Part shown: one piece after another, positions 16,436 through 26,391 of the stretch
How the letters are laid out: every line of letters starts with the position of its first letter
How positions within the stretch are numbered: the stretch's first letter is position 1
Source: Nostoc punctiforme PCC 73102
Lineage (GTDB): Bacteria; Cyanobacteriota; Cyanobacteriia; Cyanobacteriales; Nostocaceae
DNA: 32,000 bases
Direction: 5' to 3'
Assembly (NCBI RefSeq): GCF_000020025.1
Contig: NC_010628.1
Span: 3,150,001-3,182,000, forward strand
Made by a program: the position numbers and the translations under genes
The notes under the pieces: model-generated
Seen by the model: only the letters and a program-made list of their open reading frames with translations
Told to the model about the DNA's origin: nothing
Database searches by the model: none

Positions 16436-17497
16436 CTAATTCTTAACTCCTGCAAAATTCAGTTCCTTTGCGGTTTCAAAGAAGAAAGCGACATTTTCTT
16501 CGGGAGTTTCTGGTAAGACACCGTGACCGAGATTGAGAATGTGACCCCAATTACCAGCTTTACGAACGGTATCGAGAATGCGATCGCGGATAAACTGTTT
16601 AGAGCCGAATAGCACGCCTGGGTCAAGATTTCCTTGAACTTTAACTTGCTTGCCCAATCTTGCTCGTGCGTCTGCCATATCCACTGCCCAGTCTACACTG
16701 ACTATATCAGCGCCAGATTGTGCCATTCTTTCCAACACACCCGCACTACCGCTAACTAGCAGAATCAAAGGTGTATCGGGGTGGGTTTGCTTAACCTGCT
16801 GGAAAACTCTCTGCTGATAGGGGAGAGCAAAGGTGTCATAATCTTGAGGACTCAATTGACCCGCCCAAGAATCGAACATTTGCACAACTTGAGCGCCAGA
16901 GTCAATTTGGTAGCGGGCATAGATGGCGATCGCATCTGCTAATTTAGTTAACAGTTGATGCAGTATCGTCGGATCTGAGAATGCCATGTTTTTGATGATG
17001 GAGTAGGTTTTAGAACCTTTTCCTTCAACTGCATAAGCTGCTAATGTCCACGGCGCACCCACAAAGCCTAACACTGTTGATTTATCGCCTACTTCAGAAC
17101 GCAACGCTTGTAAAATTGTCTTGATAAATGGTAGAGCAGCTTCTGGTTCTAAGGGATGCAGACGATCAATTTGTTCTTGAGTGCGGAGGGGGGAGTGAAT
17201 GATTGGTCCTTTACCTTCCGCAATATCCATGTCAATGCCCAAACCAGGTAATGGGGTGACAATATCAGAAAATAAAATTACTCCATCTGGTTGGAAGGCT
17301 TTCCACGGTTGCAAGGAAACTTCAATTGCTACATCTGGAATTTCCGAGCGATCGCGAAACGAAGGATACTTCTCTCTTAAGTCTCGATATGCTTTCATAT
17401 ATCGTCCCGCTTGTCGCATCATCCATACAGGGGGACGATCTACTACTTCACCACGAGCAGCCCGTAAGAGATGAGGAGTCGTTGAAGAAACACCCAT
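16436..17497 (-). CDS. hemE: Uroporphyrinogen decarboxylase
   Basis: 353 aa with the signature [14 protein letters not shown] and downstream family blocks (DSWAG, NLGHGV). Confidence 0.93.
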   Translation of the reverse strand: MGVSSTTPHLLRAARGEVVDRPPVWMMRQAGRYMKAYRDLREKYPSFRDRSEIPDVAIEVSLQPWKAFQPDGVILFSDIVTPLPGLGIDMDIAEGKGPIIHSPLRTQEQIDRLHPLEPEAALPFIKTILQALRSEVGDKSTVLGFVGAPWTLAAYAVEGKGSKTYSIIKNMAFSDPTILHQLLTKLADAIAIYARYQIDSGAQVVQMFDSWAGQLSPQDYDTFALPYQQRVFQQVKQTHPDTPLILLVSGSAGVLERMAQSGADIVSVDWAVDMADARARLGKQVKVQGNLDPGVLFGSKQFIRDRILDTVRKAGNWGHILNLGHGVLPETPEENVAFFFETAKELNFAGVKN

Positions 17498-17712
17498 TTA
17501 TCACTTCATCCTAAGTCACAATTTTTATGTCACTGTTTAGCTTATCATTCTGGGATTACGCTTTTTCAGCAGGGTTGGAGTAAAAGAGCTAGTCGCTTTC
17601 TACCAAAGGAAAGTTGGGAATAGGATAAAACAATAATTAACAATGAAAGTGGAATATAAAAGAATTTCGGCACTCTTTTGTGTTTTCTCCACTCCCTACT
17701 CCCTAACTTGTT

Positions 17713-18447
17713 ATGCAAACTGACTCTAACAGTCCCGATCGTGTTGCATCTGCTAATAATGAGCCTAACCTAGTAAAGTTTTTGATTCCGCGATCGCAGC
17801 GACAGAGGTTCTTTATTCAGTTTACCTTAATGACCCTCATTGGATGGGTTGTGGGTGGCGTTGCCAGTATCGCCTTAGAGAAAATTATTCTCCAAAGCTC
17901 ACCGAGTATTGCTCTCCAGGCACAAACATGGAGTATTTTGGTCAGAAGTTTCAGTAACGTTATATTTGCCGTGATTTTTGCTGCTGACCAAGCCCTGATC
18001 GTTTACCGATATTTACCGGGTTTGCAATGGCTATTTGCGACTAGCATTGGTTGGCTGATTGCCAACGGTGTTTCTACAGCCTGGATTAACTACATTTCAT
18101 CCATAGCCTCGTCATCACCTGAAGAAACTTTTATTTTCGGATTTTTATCTGCGATCGCATATATAATTTCTGGTGTTTGGCTAGGGCTTTGCCAATGGCT
18201 GGTACTGAGGCGATATACAGCAGGTATTTGGTGGTGGAATTTTTTACCCTCAATTGCTTTCTTATTAATTACTATTTTGGTTTGGTTGCTTTTTCTGGTG
18301 CAAAATCTGATTCCAGAAGCCAACCGTACTTTTATACTGTATTGGAGTGGACAAGGATTTACAGCACTAATTTTGGGAATTGTACCAGCAATTGGCTTAT
18401 GTACCTTGAAAAGAAATTCACATCGCCGGAGTGGAATTTCTGGTTAA
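17713..18447 (+). CDS. Hypothetical polytopic membrane protein
   Basis: 244 aa with about 6 hydrophobic helices (for example LMTLIGWVVGGVASIAL and IAFLLITILVWLLFLV). I recognise no family. Confidence 0.55.
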   Translation: MQTDSNSPDRVASANNEPNLVKFLIPRSQRQRFFIQFTLMTLIGWVVGGVASIALEKIILQSSPSIALQAQTWSILVRSFSNVIFAVIFAADQALIVYRYLPGLQWLFATSIGWLIANGVSTAWINYISSIASSSPEETFIFGFLSAIAYIISGVWLGLCQWLVLRRYTAGIWWWNFLPSIAFLLITILVWLLFLVQNLIPEANRTFILYWSGQGFTALILGIVPAIGLCTLKRNSHRRSGISG

Positions 18448-18486
18448 TCATAATTAAGCTAGTTAGGATTTTAGATTCCATCTAAA

Positions 18487-19812
18487 TTATAGGGAATCCC
18501 AAATTGAATCGAGGTTTGCTTGAGCTTGTTTGAGTGCTGTTTCTGGAGATGCCCCTAACATGGTGGCTTCGATAGCTTGACCTAAACTCTCAGACAAACG
18601 ACTATAGCCAGGAATGATGGGTCGAGAACCGGACACAGGCATTTGGTCAATAAAGACTTTCAAAACAGGTTTTTGCTGGAGAATTTCTTGATAAGCCTGA
18701 CTTTGGGCAGATTTAATGTTAACTGGTAAAAAACCTGTCCCTATACTCCATTCTGTTTGGAATTCTTCACTTAAAACATACTCTAAAAATTTGAGTGCTG
18801 CTTGCTCTCTTTCTGGTGTACTCTTCATCAAATACATATTTCCAGTGCCTGTTACCGTAGCAGCTTTGACACTTGCAGGTATGGGGAATACGTTAAAGTC
18901 AACATTAGACTTCATGATATAAGTCCAAGGGCCTGTGATCTGCATTGCAACGCGACCCGCAATAAAAGCATCTTCTTCATAACCTCGCTCTGGCGAAGAA
19001 AGGGTTGCTGAACCATCTTTTAATAGGTCTTGCCAAAATTGCAAGGCTGCGATCGCACCTGGATTCGTCAAATTCGGATGGTTATTTGTTACAATTTCTC
19101 CGCCAGCGCTCAATAAAAAGGGGAACCAACTAAAAACAGTCCATTCACCCTTTCCTAAAGGCAATAGCATTCCGTATTGTTCCGGTCGATTATCGCCATT
19201 CCGGTCTATAGTCAATTTTTTGGCAACTTCCCTCAACTCTTCCCAAGTCTTAGGAATTTGCGTAATTCCCGCAGCTTGGAAAAGTTTAGGTCGGTAAAAA
19301 ATGCCTACATTGCTAGTGGAAATTGGAATTGACCAAAGATGACCATCTAATTTTAATTCCTCCCATAAGTTGGGGCTAATTTCCGACTTCAATGGAAACT
19401 TGTCCAGCCATTTATCTAAAGGACGAATTGCCCCTAGTTCCATAAACTGACCGGTCAATTGAGGATCGAATGACAGAATATCTGGAGACGCATTGCCCAC
19501 AACTGCTGTTAATATTTTTGGCAATTGGGGTTGACCTACAAAGATAGATTCCACCTGTATATCAGTGTGAGTCTGATTAAATTTATCTACTAGTTTATCA
19601 AACACATCCCGATTAACAGGGGGATTGATTGATTGCCATAAATTCAGATGAATTGCTCTCTCATTCTTCTGGACTGTCCCCTGACAACCATATAAGAATA
19701 TGAAAAATATACTCAGAATTATCCCTATTAGCGAAAGCCGCCAAGGAGAATTGGTCAACTTGCGGGAAAAATTCTGAATTTGGGATTGGAAAAAGGTAAC
19801 TTTCATGCCCAT
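18487..19812 (-). CDS. ABC transporter substrate-binding lipoprotein (family-1, sugar-type), orphan
   Basis: 441 aa with a signal peptide and the lipobox-like LYGC. The extracellular solute-binding family 1 character is shown by ITGPWTY and related blocks. No permease or ATPase gene is adjacent. Confidence 0.75.
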   Translation of the reverse strand: MGMKVTFFQSQIQNFSRKLTNSPWRLSLIGIILSIFFIFLYGCQGTVQKNERAIHLNLWQSINPPVNRDVFDKLVDKFNQTHTDIQVESIFVGQPQLPKILTAVVGNASPDILSFDPQLTGQFMELGAIRPLDKWLDKFPLKSEISPNLWEELKLDGHLWSIPISTSNVGIFYRPKLFQAAGITQIPKTWEELREVAKKLTIDRNGDNRPEQYGMLLPLGKGEWTVFSWFPFLLSAGGEIVTNNHPNLTNPGAIAALQFWQDLLKDGSATLSSPERGYEEDAFIAGRVAMQITGPWTYIMKSNVDFNVFPIPASVKAATVTGTGNMYLMKSTPEREQAALKFLEYVLSEEFQTEWSIGTGFLPVNIKSAQSQAYQEILQQKPVLKVFIDQMPVSGSRPIIPGYSRLSESLGQAIEATMLGASPETALKQAQANLDSIWDSL

Positions 19813-19834
19813 TTTTAGAGGAACTTTGGAAAGT

Positions 19835-21298
19835 CTATATGTGTTGGATATTTATCACTTCACCCTTCTTAAACCACACCCCAGTGTAGTCAATTCGACG
19901 TAGATTAAATTGCTCATCTCTCAAACGCTCAAACTCATGTAAGGCTTTTTGACAACCATCCCAATGACCGTAGTCATCTACCTGAATCATGCCATTTGGC
20001 ACAACATTGTCATAAAGATTATTGAAAATATCCATTGTTGATTCATACCAGTCGCCATCGGCATGTAGTAAGGCAATATTACCTATCTCAGACTTATATT
20101 GAGGTAATGTTTGAAAAAATAAACCCTTAACAGGTACAACAATATCTTGAACTTTTAATAATTCACAAATCAACTGTATATTTTCTGCAATTGGAGCTTT
20201 TAAAGTGCCAACTCCAAACCCCGTTTCATTTGCGGCTATTCCGTTGTGTAGATCAATTTCTATCGGTTCAGGCATTCCTTCAAAAGTATCACAAGCATAA
20301 ACTAAACGTGGGCTAAGGCTGTAGCGCTGGATTACAGATGCTAAAAGCGCTGCTGCTCCCCCTTTACAACTTCCACATTCAACAAAGTTTCCGGGAATAT
20401 CTTCTAGACAAATTTTCTTTGCTAGAGAGTAGAGTGAAAATAAACGTGCTTCACCCAATAAAGTGTAGGGACGGATAGCAGTAATAATTTCCAGAAATTC
20501 ATTTACTGAATCTGTAGATAATTCACTCACATAATAGTCTTTTAAATGCTTTGGTAAATTCCAATTAATATCTGGATCGGGCTGATGTTTCACTGGCTCA
20601 ATATTTCCGCGCCAAGCAACCCCCATAATTTGCATAGTTTGATAAATCATTGTGTTCCACCCATTTTGCTTTAAGTAATCCAAGCCTTGGGCAACGTCAG
20701 GAGCATTCAAATCATGAAATAAAATTAAAGCATCTGCTTCTGCAAATTGTTCGCAGATTATTGCATCATCGAGTGGACACGGAGCTTCATGAGAACCATC
20801 AATGAAAAACAACGACCACTTACGCTGTGATTTTTCTGCTAATTCCTCTACTTTTTGAGGACTATAACCGCTTACTAAATTAACTTTGTCAAGAACACCC
20901 GCAGACTGCAAAGAATTAGTTACGCTTTCATACATATCTTCTTTTTCTAGCAGGGGATCAATTACATCTAACTCTACTCCTGCTAAAGCTAAGTGACAAG
21001 CAGACCAACCATACCAGCAACCAATTTCTAAAGCTTTTTTACCTCTAAATTTTAGGGCAGTATTATAAAGAATGTGAGCTTCATCTCGGCTGAGAAATCC
21101 TACATACGTTTCTCTTTGATCTACATACCATTTATGGGGAATTTCGCCTCTTAAATAAGGCCAATCAGAAACACTGGTATCTTCTACAATCATGTTAGAA
21201 AAACATTGATCTGGTTTGATAATCTCAAACCCAACAGAAACATAATCTCCATCTGTTAACAATGCCCTATCAATAAATTCTATTGTTTCTTTATTCAT
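19835..21298 (-). CDS. Fused double methyltransferase: an N-terminal class I SAM-MTase domain plus a C-terminal TylF/macrocin-O-methyltransferase-like domain
   Basis: The N-terminal half has ALEIGCWYGWSACHLA...LFFIDGSHE (Methyltransf_24-like). The C-terminal half has FVECGSCKGGAAALLA...LLHADGDWYESTMD...MIQVDDYGHWDGCQKA (TylF-like). Confidence 0.75.
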   Translation of the reverse strand: MNKETIEFIDRALLTDGDYVSVGFEIIKPDQCFSNMIVEDTSVSDWPYLRGEIPHKWYVDQRETYVGFLSRDEAHILYNTALKFRGKKALEIGCWYGWSACHLALAGVELDVIDPLLEKEDMYESVTNSLQSAGVLDKVNLVSGYSPQKVEELAEKSQRKWSLFFIDGSHEAPCPLDDAIICEQFAEADALILFHDLNAPDVAQGLDYLKQNGWNTMIYQTMQIMGVAWRGNIEPVKHQPDPDINWNLPKHLKDYYVSELSTDSVNEFLEIITAIRPYTLLGEARLFSLYSLAKKICLEDIPGNFVECGSCKGGAAALLASVIQRYSLSPRLVYACDTFEGMPEPIEIDLHNGIAANETGFGVGTLKAPIAENIQLICELLKVQDIVVPVKGLFFQTLPQYKSEIGNIALLHADGDWYESTMDIFNNLYDNVVPNGMIQVDDYGHWDGCQKALHEFERLRDEQFNLRRIDYTGVWFKKGEVINIQHI

Positions 21299-21407
21299 GA
21301 GCTGTTTTTCCTTAAATATCCTAATTTATGCTGTAATACTAGCTATTCAATTCATCTTAATTGCTGTTATGCACTTTTATAATACACAGTTCATGATTGA
21401 TGATCTA

Positions 21408-22376
21408 CTAATGGTCAACCTTGCTAAATTCGTCAATAATCTGAATATAGTTTTTGATAATAGCACTAAAATTAAAATTTTCTCTGGCATATTCTACAAT
21501 TTCTCTGCGAAAAAATTTATTTTTCTCAATCAATTCCCTGATTGTATCACAAACAACTTTTTGATTTTCCGCAGTAGCATTGGTTAAAATATCATCTGGT
21601 AAAACTCTAATAAAATCCTTTGAATGTAAATTAGCACTAGCAGATTCTGAAACAACTATACATAAACCTGCCGCCATTGCTTCTAATACTACAAGCGGTG
21701 CAACTTCTCCATCACTAATTAAAACTAAACAACTATAATTTGTAAGATAGGAATAAACTTGTTTTAAGCTCCATACACCTAAGTATTTTGTTGTAATTCC
21801 TTCTACGAAATCATGATCGTCTAAAGGGCCAACAAAATCCATTGGAATTTTACCATCTATTATTTCTGCCAATAATCTCTGCTGTTTTCTCGGTTGAATC
21901 CAACCTAAACAAATAGCTTTATTATTGCCTTGCTCTTGAAAATCAAATTTTTGACTATCAATCCCGTTTACTTGGGTTGATATGTATCCAGAGTAGCCAG
22001 CTTTCAAAAAAATATCTTTTGTTGCATGAGAAAGGGCTATTATTCCAGGTGCATTTAAGTAATGTTTAAATCCTTCTTTAAAATCCTTCTCCCATCTATT
22101 TTTTTTTAAAAAATAACCATTATGACAGCTAAAACAATACTTTTGTTTAAGGTTTTCGTTGAATGCTCTAACAAATTCATAGGCGTGTAAATGTACGAAA
22201 TCGTAACTATTACTATTGATTTTATCTATAACTTCATCAACTTGTTTGGAATTAAAAATATCTATGTCATGCCCCATTTGTTCTAAAACATATTTGTAAT
22301 CTTGGATCAGAGTTAAAATAGAATTTGATAAGGGAGGCGTAGGGATATAACCTCCAGCAATTAACGCTATTTTCAT
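21408..22376 (-). CDS. Glycosyltransferase (GT-B fold, GT4/GT1-like)
   Basis: 322 aa starting MKIALIAGGY, with the C-terminal nucleotide-sugar-binding block EVAPLVVLEAMAAGLCIVVSE. Confidence 0.75.
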   Translation of the reverse strand: MKIALIAGGYIPTPPLSNSILTLIQDYKYVLEQMGHDIDIFNSKQVDEVIDKINSNSYDFVHLHAYEFVRAFNENLKQKYCFSCHNGYFLKKNRWEKDFKEGFKHYLNAPGIIALSHATKDIFLKAGYSGYISTQVNGIDSQKFDFQEQGNNKAICLGWIQPRKQQRLLAEIIDGKIPMDFVGPLDDHDFVEGITTKYLGVWSLKQVYSYLTNYSCLVLISDGEVAPLVVLEAMAAGLCIVVSESASANLHSKDFIRVLPDDILTNATAENQKVVCDTIRELIEKNKFFRREIVEYARENFNFSAIIKNYIQIIDEFSKVDH

Positions 22377-22774
22377 GTAAAATTTTCTCTTTTTTAGAAA
22401 TTATTGCCCTACTATACTCCATTTAGTCTCATTATCTACAAATTAGAATAATTTAAATAGGTAAATATATATTTTATAATAGAATATGTTAATTTTATTG
22501 TGGCGTAGTTTTCATGCTCAACCCAAGCAAATCTTCTTTATTAAGTAACTTTGATAAAATTCACTTAAAGCATAATTTGGTATCCAGAAAGCATAGAGAC
22601 AAAGTTACCAACAGAAAAGTATGAACTAAACAAATTAGTATACAAAGATTTTAATTGCTAAAAAGTAACTGCTTTCTATTCTGAGAAACTCTGAAAGCTT
22701 TACTTATTTAAATTACAGGTTTGGCATCTGTCAAATCATGATTATTGTTTATTAAAATACATTAACGACAGCAA

Positions 22775-23842
22775 ATGTACCATAAATTATTATTTATGTC
22801 TACCCCAATGGGTGCTATAGGTTCAGGATTGGGAGGTGGAGTAGAGTTAACCCTATCTAATATTGCTACAGAGATGCTCCGGCGAGGACATAAATTAGAA
22901 ATTGTTACACCGCAAGGATCTATCAGCAATTCATTACCTATTAAAGAAATTCCCGGAGAACTAATACAGATACCAGCGCAAAATCAAAGTCGTAGCGATC
23001 CGATTGTGCTGCATAAAAATTCTGTTTTAGCGAATATGTGGGATTATGCTCGTCAAGTACAAGCAGATTATGATTTGATTGTGAATTTTGCTTATGATTG
23101 GCTACCACTGTATTTAACACCATTTTTTAATTGTCCGATCGCACATCTGATCAGTATGGGTTCTTTAACAGATGTTATGGATCAGATTATTGAACAAATA
23201 GCAATCAATTTTCCGAATACTATTGGTGTTCACAGTCAAACACAGGCAGCTACTTTCACATTTGCAAAGCGGTGTATTTGTCTGCTAAACGGTTTGGATT
23301 TATCTATTTATCAATTTTGCCCAAAACCAACTCAGAACTTGGCATGGGTAGGTAGAATATCTCCTGAAAAAGGGCTAGAAGATGCAGTAGCAGCAGCAGA
23401 AATCACTGGTATTCCGTTGAAAATATTTGGGTTTAAACAGGATATATCTTACTGGGAAAAAATTTGCCAAGAATACCCTAATGCTCCCATCGAATATGTA
23501 GGTTTTTTACCAACGGTTGAGCTACAAAAAGAGTTGGGTAAATGTCGATCTCTTTTAGTAACTCCTCGTTGGATAGAAGCATTTGGAAATGTAGCAATAG
23601 AGGCGCTTGCTTGTGGAGTACCTTTAATTGCTTATCGTCGGGGTGGTTTAACAGAAATTGTCCAAGAAGGCAAAACTGGTTTTTTGGTGGAACCTGATAG
23701 TGTTCAAGGTTTAGTAGAAGCGATTAAGCATTTGGATGAAATTGACCGACAAACTTGTCGCCAGCAAGCAGAAACTCTATATTCTTTAGAAGCTATGGGC
23801 GATCGCACCGAAGAGTGGTTTCAAAAAATTCTGAGAAACTGA
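22775..23842 (+). CDS. Glycosyltransferase family 4
   Basis: 355 aa with the N-terminal GSGLGGGVELTL and the C-terminal EAFGNVAIEALACGVPLIAYRRGGLTEIVQEGKTGFLVEP (E-x7-E type block). Confidence 0.8.
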   Translation: MYHKLLFMSTPMGAIGSGLGGGVELTLSNIATEMLRRGHKLEIVTPQGSISNSLPIKEIPGELIQIPAQNQSRSDPIVLHKNSVLANMWDYARQVQADYDLIVNFAYDWLPLYLTPFFNCPIAHLISMGSLTDVMDQIIEQIAINFPNTIGVHSQTQAATFTFAKRCICLLNGLDLSIYQFCPKPTQNLAWVGRISPEKGLEDAVAAAEITGIPLKIFGFKQDISYWEKICQEYPNAPIEYVGFLPTVELQKELGKCRSLLVTPRWIEAFGNVAIEALACGVPLIAYRRGGLTEIVQEGKTGFLVEPDSVQGLVEAIKHLDEIDRQTCRQQAETLYSLEAMGDRTEEWFQKILRN

Positions 23843-23895
23843 TATAGTACTAATCTTGTTCAAGTTAGATATTATTCCTATAACAGGAGCTACCA

Positions 23896-24606
23896 ATGCA
23901 GCAATCAAACGTTGAAATTAATCAAGAGTTCTGGAATGATTACGCCAAAAAATGGGATAAATCTCAAGTTATTCTAGGTAATCAAAAGATTACAGATGAT
24001 GAAAGAGATAATTACATCAATTATTTAGGTGATGAATGGGCCACTGTAGAAGATGCAGTCAATATTGTAAGTGAATATATTACACCATTTATTTCTCAAG
24101 ACAGCACAGTGGCAGAAATAGGTGTAGGTGGTGGTAGGATTGCCGCAAAAGTAGTTGAAAAGGTAAAAAAAATATACTGTTTCGACGTAGCAGAAGAGAT
24201 GCTAAAAAAGGCTGAAGCAGCACTTAGTGAATATCCTCAGATAAAGTTTCATTTAATAAAAAATTCTCAATTTGAAGCTGAGTTTAACGAACAATTTGAT
24301 TTTGTATATTCCTTCGATGTATTTGTACATTTAGATTTACTAACGATTTGGAAATATTTAAACAGTATTTATAAAATTCTCAAGTCAGGTGGGAAAGCTT
24401 TTATTCATACCACTAATATAACTACACCGAATGGTTGGGCAAGGTTTGCTGCGTACAATAATGACGAAGTATTGTATCAGCCTACTTCACCAGACGCAAT
24501 TAAGTTGTTAATAGAAAAAGCGCAATTTAAAGTGATTAAAGAGTCCAGTCCAGATGGAAACAACTTTTATTCGGATCGGGATTATTTAGTTGTAATACAG
24601 AAGTAA
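23896..24606 (+). CDS. Class I SAM-dependent methyltransferase
   Basis: 236 aa with the SAM motif I VAEIGVGGGRIA, followed by the acidic residue in YCFDV. Confidence 0.8.
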   Translation: MQQSNVEINQEFWNDYAKKWDKSQVILGNQKITDDERDNYINYLGDEWATVEDAVNIVSEYITPFISQDSTVAEIGVGGGRIAAKVVEKVKKIYCFDVAEEMLKKAEAALSEYPQIKFHLIKNSQFEAEFNEQFDFVYSFDVFVHLDLLTIWKYLNSIYKILKSGGKAFIHTTNITTPNGWARFAAYNNDEVLYQPTSPDAIKLLIEKAQFKVIKESSPDGNNFYSDRDYLVVIQK

Positions 24607-24652
24607 ATTAATCTTTGAGACTAATATAGATGATGGAATATTTGCGAAAAAC

Positions 24653-25570
24653 TTATGATGCGTTGCTTGCCGCCGTAGGCATCGCTAATATTCCCGCATC
24701 CCCATCTAAAATTACCTCTATACCCACTGGTAACGCAGCATTCGGGCTATCATGACCAAAAGGTAAATCAGAAACAATCGGAATCCCCAAATCACCCAAG
24801 CGATCGCGCAATACTTCTTCTACACTAAAACTAGACACAGTTGGCGGCGCTTCACAGCGAGTAAAACCGCCCAAAGCAATACCGCAGACTTGAGATAAAG
24901 CACCGCTCAAACGCCACTGTGTCAGCATCCTGTCAATGCGATAGGGTGCTTCTGTGACATCTTCCAACGCCAGAATTACACCATCCAGATGTGGCAGGAT
25001 TGGTGTAGCTAAAAGGTTAGTAGCCACCGTGAGATTACCTGGTAACAAAGTACCAGTTACCACGCCGCCACCCCACCCGCAACCTTTAAGAGGCGCGAGA
25101 GGACGACCTTCTACTGAATCGAATAATCGCTCAACTGACCAATCTGGCTCATCTGCCAAAGTTGTCAGCACAGGAGCATGAACGCCGGAAATTCCTGCTA
25201 TATAAAGGCTCCACAATAAAGCTGTGATATCAGAAAAGCCAATCAACCACTTGGGAAGTGCTGAATTTTGTTGCCAATTCCAATCTTCTAAAATGCGGGT
25301 GCTACCAAAACCGCCTCTGGAACAGAGAATACCGCGACAATCAGGATCTTGCCATGCCGCTGCTAATTGCTGACGGCGGGTTTCGTCTGTCCCTGCCAGA
25401 TAACCCCATTTGTCATCTATCTGGGGGCTGATTTCTACTCGATAACCACGCGATCGCCAAATTTCTAAACCCCGTTCAAATGCCTCAAATTCTCGCAAAG
25501 CACCACTAGGGGCAATTACTCGTAGTAAGTCTCCAGGTTTCAGGGGCGGTGGTAAGATTTTGGATGGCAT
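24653..25570 (-). CDS. ldcA: LD-carboxypeptidase (peptidase S66, muramoyltetrapeptide carboxypeptidase)
   Basis: GDLLRVIAPSGAL and GFSDITAL (nucleophile Ser) are present, along with the C-terminal FGH. I prefer the start MPSKILPPP at 25570, because the ORF-track extension to 25618 reads through an intergenic repeat. Confidence 0.8.
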   Translation of the reverse strand: MPSKILPPPLKPGDLLRVIAPSGALREFEAFERGLEIWRSRGYRVEISPQIDDKWGYLAGTDETRRQQLAAAWQDPDCRGILCSRGGFGSTRILEDWNWQQNSALPKWLIGFSDITALLWSLYIAGISGVHAPVLTTLADEPDWSVERLFDSVEGRPLAPLKGCGWGGGVVTGTLLPGNLTVATNLLATPILPHLDGVILALEDVTEAPYRIDRMLTQWRLSGALSQVCGIALGGFTRCEAPPTVSSFSVEEVLRDRLGDLGIPIVSDLPFGHDSPNAALPVGIEVILDGDAGILAMPTAASNAS

Positions 25571-25584
25571 GAAAAAAGTTAGGG

Positions 25585-25652
25585 GTGAGAAGAGACGCGA
25601 TTCATCGCATCTGTACAAGGAGTTAAGAATAAAGACTATACCTTAGAACTCC
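25585..25652 (-). repeat. Composite intercistronic repeat (GGAGTT..AACTCC hairpin plus a GACGCGAT..ATCGCATC hairpin)
   Basis: Its reverse complement GGAGTTCTAAGG...TTTATTCTTAACTCCTTGTACAGATGCGATGAATCGCGTCTCTTCTC aligns block by block with 30941-31010. Confidence 0.7.
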
Positions 25653-25704
25653 GATCAAATTTTATTGAATTATTTTTGAAACCGATCGCCACAGTGGTTT
25701 TATT

Positions 25705-26265
25705 TTAGGTTCGCTTTGTATCTAACCGTGGATTTTCCTTAGCTGGATTTTGCGGTACAAGATAAATACCTCCAGAGATTAAAGTCAGGGCGACAGAAAT
25801 CCAAAAGGCAAGCAAAGAGGGAGTTCGCCACACTTCACCCAAAGGCGCAATCAAAAGTGCGATCGCTACTATTTGACTAACAGTTTTGAGTTTACCCCAA
25901 ATATTCGCTCCGGTAATCGTCGTTTGATTTACCCGCCAGCCAGCGATCGCTAATTCTCGCGCTAAAATCAAAAACACTCCCCAAGCAGGCACTTTTCCTA
26001 GTTCAATAAAAACCAGCAACGGCGCAAGTACTAGAAGTTTATCCACTAAGGGATCGAGAAACTTACCCAACTCACTAATTTGGTTGAGCTTCCGTGCCAA
26101 ATAGCCATCTAACCAATCAGTCAATGCAGCAACGAGAAAAATCGCCAAACATATCCACTGAGCTTCAGGTGTGGGATTATATAAACCATAAAGCAGAAAT
26201 GGTATCCCCAATAGGCGAGAGAAGGTAATCCAGTTGGGTATGGTCATAGGGAATTCAAAAATCAA
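25705..26265 (-). CDS. pgsA: CDP-diacylglycerol--glycerol-3-phosphate 3-phosphatidyltransferase
   Basis: The CDP-alcohol phosphatidyltransferase motif DWLDGYLARKLNQISELGKFLDPLVDKL is present, with a multi-TM layout. The start could instead be Met7 (26247). Confidence 0.85.
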   Translation of the reverse strand: MIFEFPMTIPNWITFSRLLGIPFLLYGLYNPTPEAQWICLAIFLVAALTDWLDGYLARKLNQISELGKFLDPLVDKLLVLAPLLVFIELGKVPAWGVFLILARELAIAGWRVNQTTITGANIWGKLKTVSQIVAIALLIAPLGEVWRTPSLLAFWISVALTLISGGIYLVPQNPAKENPRLDTKRT

Positions 26266-26391
26266 ACTTCAAAATTAACAACTGTAAAGCAACAAGCAGC
26301 CAAGCAAATATGCAAAATCTATGCAGATTAGTGTATCTGAGTGTGCCTGCGTGGGAAAATCTGTTTTCTGTAGCTCTCTTAAAACAATACT

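Noticed and set aside
25571-25618. The 16-codon N-terminal extension of the LD-carboxypeptidase ORF
   Set aside because: The extension (MYRCDESRLFSPLTFF) is the translation of the GACGCGAT..ATCGC repeat. Homology-style sequence begins at MPSKILPPP.
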